From Wallemia ichthyophaga EXF-994 (lineage: Eukaryota > Fungi > Basidiomycota): a stretch of 124,000 nt of DNA. A program made the translations under genes and the position numbers. Below the pieces are notes generated by a model. The model was given only the letters and a program-made list of their open reading frames with translations, was not told where the DNA came from and did not search any database. Shown here piece after piece: positions 1 through 12,246 of the stretch. Every line of letters begins with the position of its first letter. The stretch's first letter is position 1. Location of the stretch: the NCBI RefSeq assembly GCF_000400465.1, contig NW_008806277.1, forward strand, positions 144,001-268,000, written 5' to 3'.

Positions 1-325
1 CCTTATTCCTCTTAACCGTTTCCAAACTATCGTCTCTATAGCCGGTAATACCTTCGTCAATCGATAGCAAGAAGAGCTCGAGGCCATAATCGTGTCTCTC
101 GTTGAGTGTTTTCATAACATGCGCGAGTACTGTTGAGTCTTTTCCACCAGATGCTCCAATCGCTACGCGCTCTCCTCGTTTAAAAGTATTTGCATCGCTT
201 ATCGTCTTGTGTATTTCCTCCTCAAACGCAAAGAAGAAGCATTCCTTGCAAACCTGCTGTCCAGTCTTTGGACGCTTAATCATTGCTCTGTTGTTGCTGC
301 ATAGCTGACACGGCCTCGGTGGCAT
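1..325 (-). CDS. NCS6: Cytoplasmic tRNA 2-thiolation protein 1 (CTU1/NCS6), 5' part; runs off the window
   Basis: Manual minus-strand translation from ATG 325: MPPRPCQLC...CKECF...[15 protein letters not shown]...[19 protein letters not shown] (CxxC motifs plus PP-loop SGGKDS). Not in the ORF track because there is no stop in the window. Confidence 0.92.
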   Translation of the reverse strand, partial: MPPRPCQLCSNNRAMIKRPKTGQQVCKECFFFAFEEEIHKTISDANTFKRGERVAIGASGGKDSTVLAHVMKTLNERHDYGLELFLLSIDEGITGYRDDSLETVKRNK

Positions 326-388
326 TTTTAGATATTTTAGTGATGGAAGTTCTGTTGCAACTCAACGGCGATCTGCAAATCAATTGGA

Positions 389-1942
389 ATGTTTCGCAGT
401 CTAAACAGACTCAAACCTGCTTTAGAATTCCTTCCAAATAAGGTTGACTTTGAATTGCGCCCGCTTGGAAGGTACGCGCTATCTGTAGCTGCATAGCCTA
501 TCTCACAATACCAGGCTCAACAAAGAAGCTGGGAGCAAGAGAGTTCCACACGTCACTCAGTCCGTTGGTTCCATGTTCGGGTCTGTCTCATCCTTCTCCT
601 TTTCTCCCCGCTCTTCTCATTCTGTCGTTCCAGCGGAAATCACAGCTTGAAGTGGATATCTCAACCCCGCAATATCCTCCTCGTCAAGAAATCACACAGT
701 GAAAGCTCCTCAAATGCAATGCATCACGTCATAAACCATATCAGGTCAAAATTTTCAGACACCAACATTATAGTAGAGGATGGCGTGAGCCGTGAGCTAG
801 CAGCTGTGCATGGAATACACGGTCTATATACAGCCTCTCAAGCCAACGAATCTACCCTCCTCTCTAAAGTGGATTTTGCCATTACACTAGGAGGCGATGG
901 CACAGCTTTGCACACCGCTTCCCTCTTTCCAACTGGCCCCGTGCCTCCTGTGCTTTCCTTTAGCACTGGCACTCTCGGTTTCCTGCTTCCCTTCCATGTG
1001 AACACATACAAAAGCGCGATCGACGATGTTTTCAACTCGACCGTTTCCGTTATAAAGCGCATGAGGCTTATGTGCACTCTTCACGACGCTTCCGGAAGGC
1101 TTATTGATGATTTGGATGGTTAGTGTTGCATAAAATATCGCCATTCTAACCCCACCCCGAAGTGTCGCATGTCCTCAACGAAGTGGCGCTCCATCGCGGG
1201 CGATATCCTCATCTAGTGCAGATTGAGATATACGTAGATGGGATGCCACTCACTGAAGCTGTAGCGGATGGCTTGATTGTCTCTACCCCCACTGGCTCAT
1301 CGGCCTACTCGGTGAGTTACGTGTGGTGTTTGAGTGATACAACTCACTCTCCCCAGCTATCTGCGGGTGGTCCACTAGTTCATCCCTGCGTACAGTCCAT
1401 TGTACTCACCCCTATTTGCCCACGAAGCCTCAGCTTCAGACCTGTCATTCTCCCGTCTGACTCGACAGTGCAGCTAAGGGTGAGTCAACGCCGATCCGGC
1501 TGCCATACTTGCTCACTGAATGTACAGATGTCCTCTAAAGCAAGAAGCAAACCGGATGTATCACTGGACGGACGCGAAGTGATGCAACTTGAAAACGACA
1601 ATTATATCCAAATAGCAATGTCGCCTTTCCGTAAGTGGGGTGTAGGATGTAGAATCGAGGTGAACAGGCTAACATGGCACAGCTCTCCCGTCAATCAATA
1701 GAGCTGCTCAGTACGATCCTGAGAGCAGAACCAGCACTCCTCGACTGCCTTCAGAAAAACAACTCGCGCAGAGCGCCTTGGACAGACTTGGGCGCGCACA
1801 GGATGACTGGGTTAGGGATATAAATGATCTTCTGAATGTGAGTAAGCCGCTTATTATCACGCTGCTGCTCACCTTTACTCAGTTCAACAGCCGCTTCGAA
1901 TCTAAAGGTCACGAAATCTATCACGGCGGGCAAGATGACTAA
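389..1942 (+). CDS. POS5: NAD(H) kinase, probably mitochondrial POS5-like; multi-exon
   Basis: TLGGDGT, LNEVALHRG and ADGLIVSTPTGSSAYS motifs in ORFs 647-1123 and 1162-1701, joined by short GT-AG introns. Confidence 0.85.
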
Positions 1943-2070
1943 AACTGAGCCAATGAGATGCTAGTTTCGTGAGTGTTGTATTTATATTAAAGTCTCACTT
2001 ATAATATCACGCGATTTTTATTCAAAAGCAGTCCCTGAGAACACTCTTTAATCATCATCACCACTTTTCG

Positions 2071-2241
2071 ATGAAGCGGCTACAAAACCTATCACTGGAA
2101 ATTGATTCAATACTTTTCAGCTACCTCGATGGCTACGGATGTAACATGCTGCGCCTCCCCTGCCGCGCTCTAAACCAACAGGGTTTAAGGTCGACGAGAG
2201 CGACTGTGAAGTTACTTTCGAGGATTCTGGTCAATTTATAA
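2071..2241 (+). pseudogene. Truncated F-box-like ORF (relic)
   Basis: MKRLQNLSLEIDSILFSYLDGYGCNMLRLPCRAL resembles an N-terminal F-box and the relic at 19372; stops after 56 aa. Confidence 0.4.
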
Positions 2242-3154
2242 GCCTATTAATCGACATCCCCACAACCCTCGGGCTGACTGATCGAGTAGTGTGCGTCATT
2301 AGCTGAATTACAAAAAGTCACTAAATGTGAATAATAGGTCAGCAAACGTCAAACAAGAATTGGAAACATTGGTAACCGTTGGAATCCACAAGGTTTTAGC
2401 GCATCTTCTAAACCTGCGAAGACTCAAAATAAAAGCCAATGGGAATAGAATCGTAAATGATGAAATAACCTTACACGGAGAATATCCCAAGCTGGAAATA
2501 TTATGATCCAAACGCGCACATTACGTGACAAAGTGTGCGTCTCCTTCCCCAGCCCTGAGTTGGATTTGCACTGATACTGGCCGCTGTGTGTAGCTGGTTC
2601 ACAATATCAGACCTAACTGTTGAAATAGCAAATAGTGAAAAAGGCTCACAAAAAGCCAAGTCACGCGAATTATGTAAACTATTCAGTTATCAACGGAACT
2701 ACAAGAAAAAAAAAAAGACATTTATGTGTTTGGGAATATTCAAAGTTCATATGGAGGACTTTTTGAGCGTTATTAAGAGGGTAAAACGCTGATGTATGAG
2801 AAGAGTCGAGACTGTACAAGTAATTTACAGATCCCTACAGAATAGACGAGTTCAAACTGCACACTCATCAAATTTCTCATAAATAGTACTACAAAGGTGT
2901 TATAAATCTTGATGAGGCTTATCGTACTGTTGCAAGTTATTATAAGAATGAATACGTTATGAAGGATAATCGATAGTGAGCGCTAATATGACTTTCTGAT
3001 TGAAATGGACAGGAACTGCAGTAATCGAGATACCACAATAAGCCCTAATGATATACAAGATTGCCTCGATTACTGTAAGACACTTGTATTTCAACCAAAA
3101 TTACAGTATACCTGCATAATAATAACAACAATTGATAAATTAAATCTATATTTT

Positions 3155-4964
3155 TTACTCCCCGAGACTAAATTGGGAAGTAGGACCGCCTGGCAAGTCC
3201 TTGAGAACAAAGGTTGCGACATCAGATCTGAGAATTGCAACATCAAGCATTTCAATGATGTGTTTGAGTTCTGCCAATCTATCTTGATCAGATTTGGCCA
3301 GAAGAGACGCGTCTTCCCTAACGTCTCTCCTGTCGGCTCTTGCAAGCACATCTGCTCTGATGCTTCTTTCGCGTCGCTTTCTCTCTATCAAATTGGCTAT
3401 AGTCTTGTACAGCTTAGCAGACAAAGCCAAATAGGCTTTGGGAAGATCAACATACCATAGGTAGAATGTACGATGCACAGCTCGGTCAGCAGATTTAGGC
3501 ACTTCCTGCAATTGAAGTAAACCGCTGGTCTGTAATTTGCCGATCGTCTCTCTAGTTTCTTTCATCGAGAGCAGCCCAAGAGTTGAGATATGTTTCTCTT
3601 CGAGCTTGCCTTTCTCCAAGACTATGTTGATGATACGCGCTGCTTCGTTTCCAAATTGCTCTCTGACTAAGCTGTCGACGAGTGATCTTTTGATACGAGC
3701 GCAAACGGTTTCATAGCAAACTTGGTATTCTTTACTAGTACCTGCTTTTTGCAAAAATCTGGTCGAAGCTCCTGCCGGTCCAGGGAAATCTTGAGATGAT
3801 AAGATTTGACAGTACTCAGTAATCAGCTTTACATGGTTGTCTTCTTTGTTGCTCAAAACTATGCCCTTTTTGAGGATGCTTTCCATCGGTGCGTATTTCG
3901 CTGCATGGTGGATTGGTATAGTCTCTGATAGTAGATCGTGAACGTTATTGTGAGTGTCTCTTTTGTTTTCCTCGGTAACTCTCAAGAATGCATCCACAAT
4001 TTTGCCAGACTGATCATTCCAGCGCTTGGCTGCTTCAGCAGCGATAAGCTGAGACTGTGCATTAGCAAGGCAAGACTTGTAATTTTAGACTCACTCGATT
4101 TCTCAGTCTGACGTTATAGTACTCGTAGTTAACACGGAAGTAGGCATTTTCCTGTATTTGATCAGCAAAGGCGATGGGGAGGTAGTCGCACATACGTCGA
4201 TCGAGTAGGAGTCTTCAGCCGAGTCTCCAGATTTATTCTTACGCTTCATACCAGCGCGTGTACCGTCATCCTGCATTGTATCACCACGCTCCTCTTGTAA
4301 CTCGCTGAACAACCTGCTAGCAGCCTGGTCTTTGATCATTTTGATATCTTTAGGGCCAAGGATGTGAGTCTTTGTGAAGGTACTCTGCTTAATCTCCTTT
4401 TCATATATGAGTGTTTTGTCTCTGGGACTGATGTGCATGTTTTTGGTTGATTTAGTAAGTGCAGCTGATCTGACGAGTTTAACGAGAACTCTCTTTTTCG
4501 TTGTGTCGCTGATTTCAGTTGATATTCTTGCGAGTAGATCGTGCGGACGCAATTTACCGTTGAGGAGTACAGTTGTGATCATTTCCGAAGCACATCTACT
4601 CTCCAGCTTATCTTTCAAGCTTTCTGCGGCGTAGACAATGTACCTCCCGAATCTAACTCTAGCGTGTATCTCGTCTGTGTTAGTTTCGTAGAATTCTTCG
4701 TTATCAGATTGACAATGCCACATGCAATTCTGCTGAATGAGAACCAAGAGTGCTGCTCGTACTTGCTTTGGTTTTAATGAAGTGTATCTCGCTATCAATG
4801 GCAATGGCAGTCTACCAAACTCCAGTACAACTTGGCCTACACGCTAGGAGCTGGCTGTTAGAAACTGGGACTACAGAATACTATGCAGCACTTACAGACA
4901 CTACTACACCAAAATCATTCTCTAAAATTATTCCACACAACCGAGAAGCCTCCTTGGTGACCAT
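3155..4964 (-). CDS. RPC82: RNA polymerase III subunit RPC82/RPC3 (POLR3C)
   Basis: VRAALLVLIQQN, FGNEAARIINIVLEKGKLEEKHI and LQEVPKSADRAVHRTFYLWYVD are POLR3C winged-helix motifs; introns present. Confidence 0.88.
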
Positions 4965-4994
4965 GTCCTCTTGGTCGCGACAAGTCAAGAAGAA

Positions 4995-6688
4995 ATGTCG
5001 TCAATCTACAAGGTATTTGGCGTGTACTAGTCTGTATGCTGCGCTCACGCCTCAATTCAGCCAAGTCTCGCAGATGTGCGCTCACTCGTACTCGATCAAC
5101 AGAAAGGGAATTGCGTACCTGTGTACACCAGCATACAAGCAGATCTACTTACGCCTGTAATCGCCTACTTGAAAATATCACAAAACTCAAATCACAGCTT
5201 CCTCCTCGAGAGTGTCGCTGCGAATGAGCGTAGCAGATACTCTTTCATTGGTGCTTGTGAGTTTGATAGTCATCGCGTATTTCCTTTAATCAATGTTTAA
5301 AGCCCCACTCAAGCTTATGAAATCTGGCCCAAATGAGGACATTTCTGGTGATCCTATGCCTGCACTTGAAGCGGAACTTGGAAAGTACAAATATGTTAAG
5401 GTCGATGGCTTGGACACCTTCACTGGTAGGACCTGTTGGGTTTTCATGTACAAAGCTAACGATGCCTGGCTCAGGCGGTGCTGTTGGCTACGTCGCTTAC
5501 GATTGTGTTCACCACTTCGAACCAAAGACAAAAAGAGAACTCAAAGATCCACTCGGGATCCCTGAATCTATGTTCATGATCTGTGACACTATTCTTGTCT
5601 TCGATCATGTTTTCCAGAAAGTCCAAGTTGTTAGTCATGTCAATGTTCCAGATAACTGCAATGAAGTCACCCTTCAAGCCAAGTACGCTGTAGCAATTGA
5701 CAAGATTAGAAAGACTGTTGAATTGCTAGAGGATCAGCAAATGCCTAGGGGTCCTTACCAGCCAATGATTGGTCAATCCGGTGAAGCTTTCAGTAACGTC
5801 GGTAAGACCGGATACGAGGGCTTCGTTACATCTCTCAAGGAACACATCAACAAGGGTAACATCATCCAAGCTGTACCTTCACAAAGACTAGCAAGACCGA
5901 CGCAGCTTCACCCATTCAACGTTTATAGACACCTGCGCACTGTCAACCCATCCCCCCACATGTTCTATCTTGATTTCAACGGTGATAGCCCAGAAGGTGT
6001 AAGGTTTGTGGGTGCTTCACCTGAAACGCTCTGCAGGGTAGAGAACAACAAGGTGTTTAACCACGCAATTGCTGGTACTGTCAAAAGAGGTAAAACTAAA
6101 GAGGAAGATGAGAGGCTGGGAGAAGAGTTATCTCAATCTGAAAAGGATAGAGCTGAGCACATTATGCTTGTCGATTTGGCGAGAAATGACGTCAACAGAG
6201 TCTGTAAACCAGAGACTGTCAATGTCGACGAGCTGATGAAGGTCGAAAGATTCTCTCACGTCATCCACCTAACTTCACAGATATCTGGACAGCTGCGTGA
6301 AGGAAAGTCTCGCTTCGATGCTTTCAGATCCATCTTTCCAGCTGGGACCGTGTCCGGTGCACCAAAAGTCAAGGCAATGGAGCTGATCGGTGAGCTGGAG
6401 GGTGAACGCAGAGGAATATACGCCGGTGCAGCTGGTAGATTTGATTTTGCAGATAATGAAATGGATACGTGTATCGCTATCCGCACCATGACATTTAAAG
6501 ATGGCGTAGCATACCTGCAAGCAGGTGGTGGGATTGTGTATGACAGTGTTGAAGAGGACGAGTATATCGAGACTATAAACAAGCTTATGGGTAACGTCAA
6601 ATGCATAGATCAAGCCGAAGGTAGGTTGTTGTTTTCCGCGTTTGCCTGATACTTCTAACACGCACACAGAATACTATCGTATGCTTAA
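4995..6688 (+). CDS. TRP2: Anthranilate synthase component I
   Basis: SFLLES...[55 protein letters not shown]. Confidence 0.95.
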
Positions 6689-6799
6689 CGGTGAACTATA
6701 AAAAGGACGCTATGTAATTAATGTATGAATACAGATAACATGGAAACATGGCCGTGCTCGATGGATGCGCGATGGTGAAAATTTCCCAAACATCACCAC

Positions 6800-7579
6800 T
6801 CATCTGCCTAATATCTGGGCAGCCTTTCCAATAATACCTTTTTTTTCAAGTACACGCTCGACGGCACGCTCAACAAAGCCTTCCAATGCGATTCGCTTTC
6901 CCTGTGGCGTGCTCTTGCCCTCTCCATCAACGTTCTCAGCCTCTTCGAAGAGAGCTTCGACTGCATTTTCTACGTACTTGCCAACCATATCGACTTCAAG
7001 GTTGACGGTATTGCCTGGCTTCTTGGCAGAGAGGGTAATTTGAGATTGTGTGTAGGGTATGAGCATCACTCCGAAGCTCTTTTCGCGAGTATCGACGTGT
7101 GTGACGGTGAGAGAAGCACCATCTATAGTGATATAACCTTTAGGAATGATATAAGGTGCAATGTTATCTTTACCGTGTTGCTTCGGTGGAATTTCCATCT
7201 TGTAGCGCAACGACGCGCCATCGCTATCGACCTGCATAATGCGCGTAGTGGTATCGACGTGGCCCTGAACAATATGACCACCCAGTCTAGTCCCGACTTG
7301 CATTGCCCTTTCGAGGTTCACCTCATCGCCAACTCTCAGCTCGCCAAGGTTCGTGCGCTGTAAAGTTTCCGGGGCTAAACCGACTTTGAAGCAAGTGGAT
7401 TCGAAGCTTACAACGGTAAGGCAGGTGCCATTTATAGCGATACTGTCACCGTTGTGGCAGTCACTGAGTAAATCGTGCGTGGTGCTGAGTAAAACACTCC
7501 AGCCACCATTCTCAGATTCATCCATCTGCTCAATTCTTTGTACTTTGCCTACAGCCTCAATTAAACCAGTGAAAACCAT
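6800..7579 (-). CDS. RIB5: Riboflavin synthase alpha chain
   Basis: MVFTGLIE, GDSIAINGTCLTV, VNLERAM, GGHIVQGHVD, VNLEVD. Confidence 0.95.
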   Translation of the reverse strand: MVFTGLIEAVGKVQRIEQMDESENGGWSVLLSTTHDLLSDCHNGDSIAINGTCLTVVSFESTCFKVGLAPETLQRTNLGELRVGDEVNLERAMQVGTRLGGHIVQGHVDTTTRIMQVDSDGASLRYKMEIPPKQHGKDNIAPYIIPKGYITIDGASLTVTHVDTREKSFGVMLIPYTQSQITLSAKKPGNTVNLEVDMVGKYVENAVEALFEEAENVDGEGKSTPQGKRIALEGFVERAVERVLEKKGIIGKAAQILGR

Positions 7580-7696
7580 TTCGCTGTGAGTGAGTGTGCT
7601 GAGCCAAGAGCCAACGTCAACTTGATGATATGCGTGTTATTGAAATATTTGTGGATTTAATTCATTTCTTTATTCTTAACCACCAACAGCTATCAA

Positions 7697-9753
7697 ATGT
7701 CAACAGCAACGGCAACACCAGCAATCCCGGCGACAACGAGAGATGAAGCAACTCAGAGCAACTACGAGGAGATTTCATCCACGCATCTCCATTTAGACTG
7801 GCAAATCGTCTGGGAGATGTCCGAGATAACCGGTGTCGTCACTCACTCACTGGTTGCGCACAAGCACGGCGTGCATGAGGTGCACTTAGATACGAGTTAT
7901 TTGAAAATACGCCGTGTTTCCACTGCAAGGCATAATCAAAGTCTCAACTTCAAATTGCAACAGCGAGATGCCACAATGGGGAACAAATTGGTTATCTACC
8001 TCCCACACAAGCTCAACGAGAGTGAAACGATTGATATCACAATCAACTACTCGACCACCAAGTATTGCACTGCACTGGCTTGGCTTGGGAAAGCCCAGAC
8101 TACTGGTGGTGACTACCCCTACGTCTACAGTCAGTGTGAAGCAATTCACGCTAGATCACTCGTCCCCTGCCAAGACACGCCTGCGCGCAAGTTTACCTAC
8201 TCTTCCAAGGTCAGAAGCACCCTACCTGCCCTCATGTCAGCTCTGAGAGTGGCACCTGCGAAAGACACGCCATTAGATGAGTTGCTTGGGAAAGACGTCG
8301 TTTATGAGTATAACCAGCCCATCCCAATGCCCTCATATCTGATTGCAATCGCGTCTGGGAAGCTAGCCTTTAAGTCTTTCGATGTACCAAGCGGTGTGGT
8401 GTGGAACGCGGGTGTATGGACCGAACCAGAGTAAGTTTGAGCCAAAACTACTATTCGCAACTTCCTAAACATTTCTCAGACTTCTTACGTCGTCTTACGA
8501 CGAATTCAATGAAGACATACCAAAGTATATCCAAAAAGCAGAACACTTGACTGGTTCAGAGTATGCGTGGGGGACATACGATATTCTCGTCCAGCCAAAA
8601 AGCGCACCATTCGGAGGTATGGAGAATGTCTGTCTTACATTCGCAACACCAACTCTCCTTGCTGGAGATAGAAGCCTGACGGACGTGTTAGCGCACGAGA
8701 TTAGTCACTCGACATTCGGCAATGACATCACTTGTTGTCAATGGAACCACTTCTGGGTCAACGAAGGCTTCACAACGTACATGGAAAGACTCATCTTGCA
8801 GTTCATGCATTCAAAAGCAGATCGCGACTTCTCATACATTATCGGAAGGAAGGCCTTGCAAGAAAGTCTGGAGGAGATGGAAAACGAGCGCAGATACCAG
8901 AAATTGGTCATACCTTACCGCGCTGGAGAAGATCCAGATGATGGGTTTTCCAGCGTACCTTGTGAGTTTGTGTCATTTTGAGTGCTCCTCTAACACTCAA
9001 GCTAGACGACAAAGGCGCAAATTTCCTCTACTACCTTGAAAAGACTGTTGGAGGCTTAGACGTGTTCCTGCCATTCGTCAGGAGCTATGTTCAGACATTC
9101 AAAGGAAAGAGCATTGCTACTGCAGACTTTCACACACATCTATTTGATTTCTTCAGTGGAGATAAGGCGGCAACGGAGCAACTCGACAAGGTTGATTTTG
9201 ACGCTTGGTACAATGGCACAGGATTGGTAGGTAATAGCTTTTGCGAGCTATGATACTAAAATATAAGCAGTCCCTGCCAGTCGAGTTGGACTACGATACA
9301 TCATTAGCTGATGCTGCCTTTGATTTGTCGGACAGGTGGAATCAAAGGCGCAACGCAAGTAGCAAAGAGTTAGAATCAACCTTTCACGCAGACGATATAA
9401 AAAACTTCAACTCGAACCAAAAGGTGGTGTTTTTGGAGAAGTTGCAGTCCTATCCAGCATTCAAAGAGGAGGTACCGAAAGCCATTGCTAAGGTGTACGG
9501 TTTCGATGAGGCACAGAATGCTGAAATAAGATTCAGATTCTACATCCTCGCTCTCAACTGTGGTAAGACTTATGCTAAAGCTGCGGCAGAATGGGTAGCA
9601 CACCAAGGTAGAATGAAGTTCTGCAGACCGTTATTCAGATCGTTGAACAAGGTTGATAGCTCACTAGCTTTGAAGACGTTTAAAGACAATGAGAACTTCT
9701 ATCACCCAATTGCAGCCAAGCAGATTAGAAGAGATTTGAAGTTGGATAAGTGA
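7697..9753 (+). CDS. LAP2: Leukotriene A4 hydrolase / M1 aminopeptidase
   Basis: SQCEAIHARS, PFGGMEN, HEISHS...NEGFTTY (HExxH...E); C-terminal GRMKFCRPLFR. Confidence 0.93.
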
Positions 9754-9824
9754 ATGCTATTTGACTGCTATGCAATAATGTATAAATCAATACAGGAAGA
9801 AACATTACAATTTAAGTTTTGCTA

Positions 9825-11649
9825 TTACTTGCTACCAGGCAACTTGTCGCCTTGTTGTGGAATATGTGTGAAAGCGCCTTTTGCAAACCACTTATCATTC
9901 GCCGCTTTGAGTTTACGCTCATTCTCGGCGTTTTGATTAGGATTAGCCAACTCAATACCCTGGAATGGAGTAATGGACAGACTAGACGCAGTACCACTAG
10001 TTGCTGTTCCTGAAGTTGCCTTCGATGGACCACCTAGCAATTGAGTGCGAATTTTATTTTGTTTGCTCATTTTAGCTCTACTTTTAGAATCAATTGCACT
10101 AGCTCTCAATTTACCAGATTCTTTGCCCAGCATACCGAGACCTCTAGTCTCACCACCGAAAGCATCAGTCTCTTGCTCTTGTTCACCAAATTTGACGCGG
10201 TTGCTGAGTTGACGGAGCTCTGTCATACCATATGCTTCCTTAGCTTTACGTGCTCTTCTTCCACCCCTCCTCTTCTTCTTTCCGTCTTCGGATGGTACTG
10301 GAAGTGCTTTTGTTACTTTCAAAGGAGGAGGTTCAGCCATTTTTTCGAAATGCTTTTCTAGTTTAGTTCTTAGCATATCTCCGTAGTTGCCTTCTTTGCT
10401 ACCACCCTCGAGGTCCACTCTAGCGGCTAAGACCACCTTACCGGAAACAGTGCGCTGAGCTTTAAGCTTGTGTTCTGGTTCGCAAGACTGCACAAGATCA
10501 GACTGGAAAATGAAACCAGTATGTCTGTTCATAGTTGCTGTGGATTGGCCTGTCGGTGTCTTCTTCATAGCACCTAGGAGGTAGACATTACACGAAGGCA
10601 TCTTAGCTAAAGCTTGCAGACCACCCGCTACACCTATCAGCTTTGCTGCGGTTGTCGTACCAACGATAGCAGACACGTTGGGCGAGAGTATATTCATACG
10701 CGACTGAACATATTCGAATATCTGAAGGTAGTGAGTGAGTGTGAGTGTGAGTGTGGTGAAGTAATGCAAATATATTCACCTTCCGTTTGGCATCTTCTAG
10801 CTCTTTGTGCACTTGACATGCAGCGTCTACTCTGTGCCACTCGTCGTGCGATAATTGACGACCATCTGCAGTTGTAGCGCTGACAGTAATGACCATGATA
10901 GTATGGCCTTTAACGACATCCTTCAGTGGAGCTTGTGAAATGTCTTGCAAGTTTCCAATAGCTTGTACAACGCGTAAGTAGACTGTAGGTTCTGGTACGA
11001 GAGTGTCTAGACCGGGAAACTTAGCGTGATAGTGATCTCTAACGAATTTGTGTACGATGAGAAGCTCATTATCAACCTCGACAGCTAAATTGTTAGCTTT
11101 AACGATGATATCGTATTCAGGGTTATCGGCGAGTGAACCACCTTTGACAAGCTTTGGGTGAAGGAGGAATTCGTCAATGCCCTGATGATTTGTTAGTGAG
11201 TTGTAAAAGGATAGACTGGTGACTCACCTCAAGTACGTCTTTCATGCGCTTTGAGGATGTTAGAGGTGCTACTTTCCTGACATCTAGAACCTTTTCAAGC
11301 TTGAAGCCTTCAACAGCTTCTGCATCAAGCTCATCTGCTGGTCTGACACCACCTGTTGGTACGTATAGCTGACCATCCTGGAGTTGTACCTGGTTTGGAT
11401 CTTTGGGTTGGTCATCTTGATCCATTTTCACATCGTCCTGATCAGCTCTTAGTGGGGATATTGCTGATCTTTTGCCATTTCCATTTGTGGTTGTGGTTGT
11501 GGCAGTGGCAGTGTCTTCTCCAGTGGCATCTTCACCGGCATCACCGGTTTCTTCATCAGATAAGCCATCTAGATCGTCGATAAGCTCTTGTGCGAGTGAC
11601 TGATAGGCTGTTAGGTGGTTTAATCGGTAAAAGCGCTGAGACAGACCAT
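9825..11649 (-). CDS. PRP31: U4/U6.U5 tri-snRNP protein Prp31
   Basis: NOSIC/Nop domain ([30 protein letters not shown]), [12 protein letters not shown]-terminal [21 protein letters not shown]. Confidence 0.93.
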
Positions 11650-12246
11650 CAAGAACGATCGATGATGAAAGTTCGGGACCAAAGATAATCAGAGATAGCG
11701 GGAAGGGGGAGTGATTGATGAGATGTAGTTTATTCAAGTCCTCGTGGTCGTTTCAATAACCCTAATCAATAGGATATCAATGGCATTGAGATGATTAAAG
11801 TTATAGACACAAACTAACAACGTAGATTGATGTTATTTAGTTTTGTAATGTATATCTATCAATATTTTTACAAAATCCGCGCCGAATAAAGCCAAAAAGT
11901 AGCATCGGAGATAATCGCGTTTATTTGAGGTACGCGGGTAATAAAGGGTATTTTGAGGGGAATGGAGGTGGATTAGAGGTGAATTCGAGTATAAATACGT
12001 AATTTCTAAGTAATACATTGTAATTTATAATCAATGGTATCCAAAATCCAGTCAAATGATATTCAAATGACGTTATTACGACGCCAAAAGCGTATTAACG
12101 AAGGGAATGAGAGCAAAATTGGGATAAGTATGGTTTAATAGAGGCTGGTATTGTATAAAACTCAAAACCAATCTCCCCCGAACAAATTACATAAACACTG
12201 AAATTTGATTCGTGAGGCTCAAACTTGTTTCATTAAAACATCCAAC

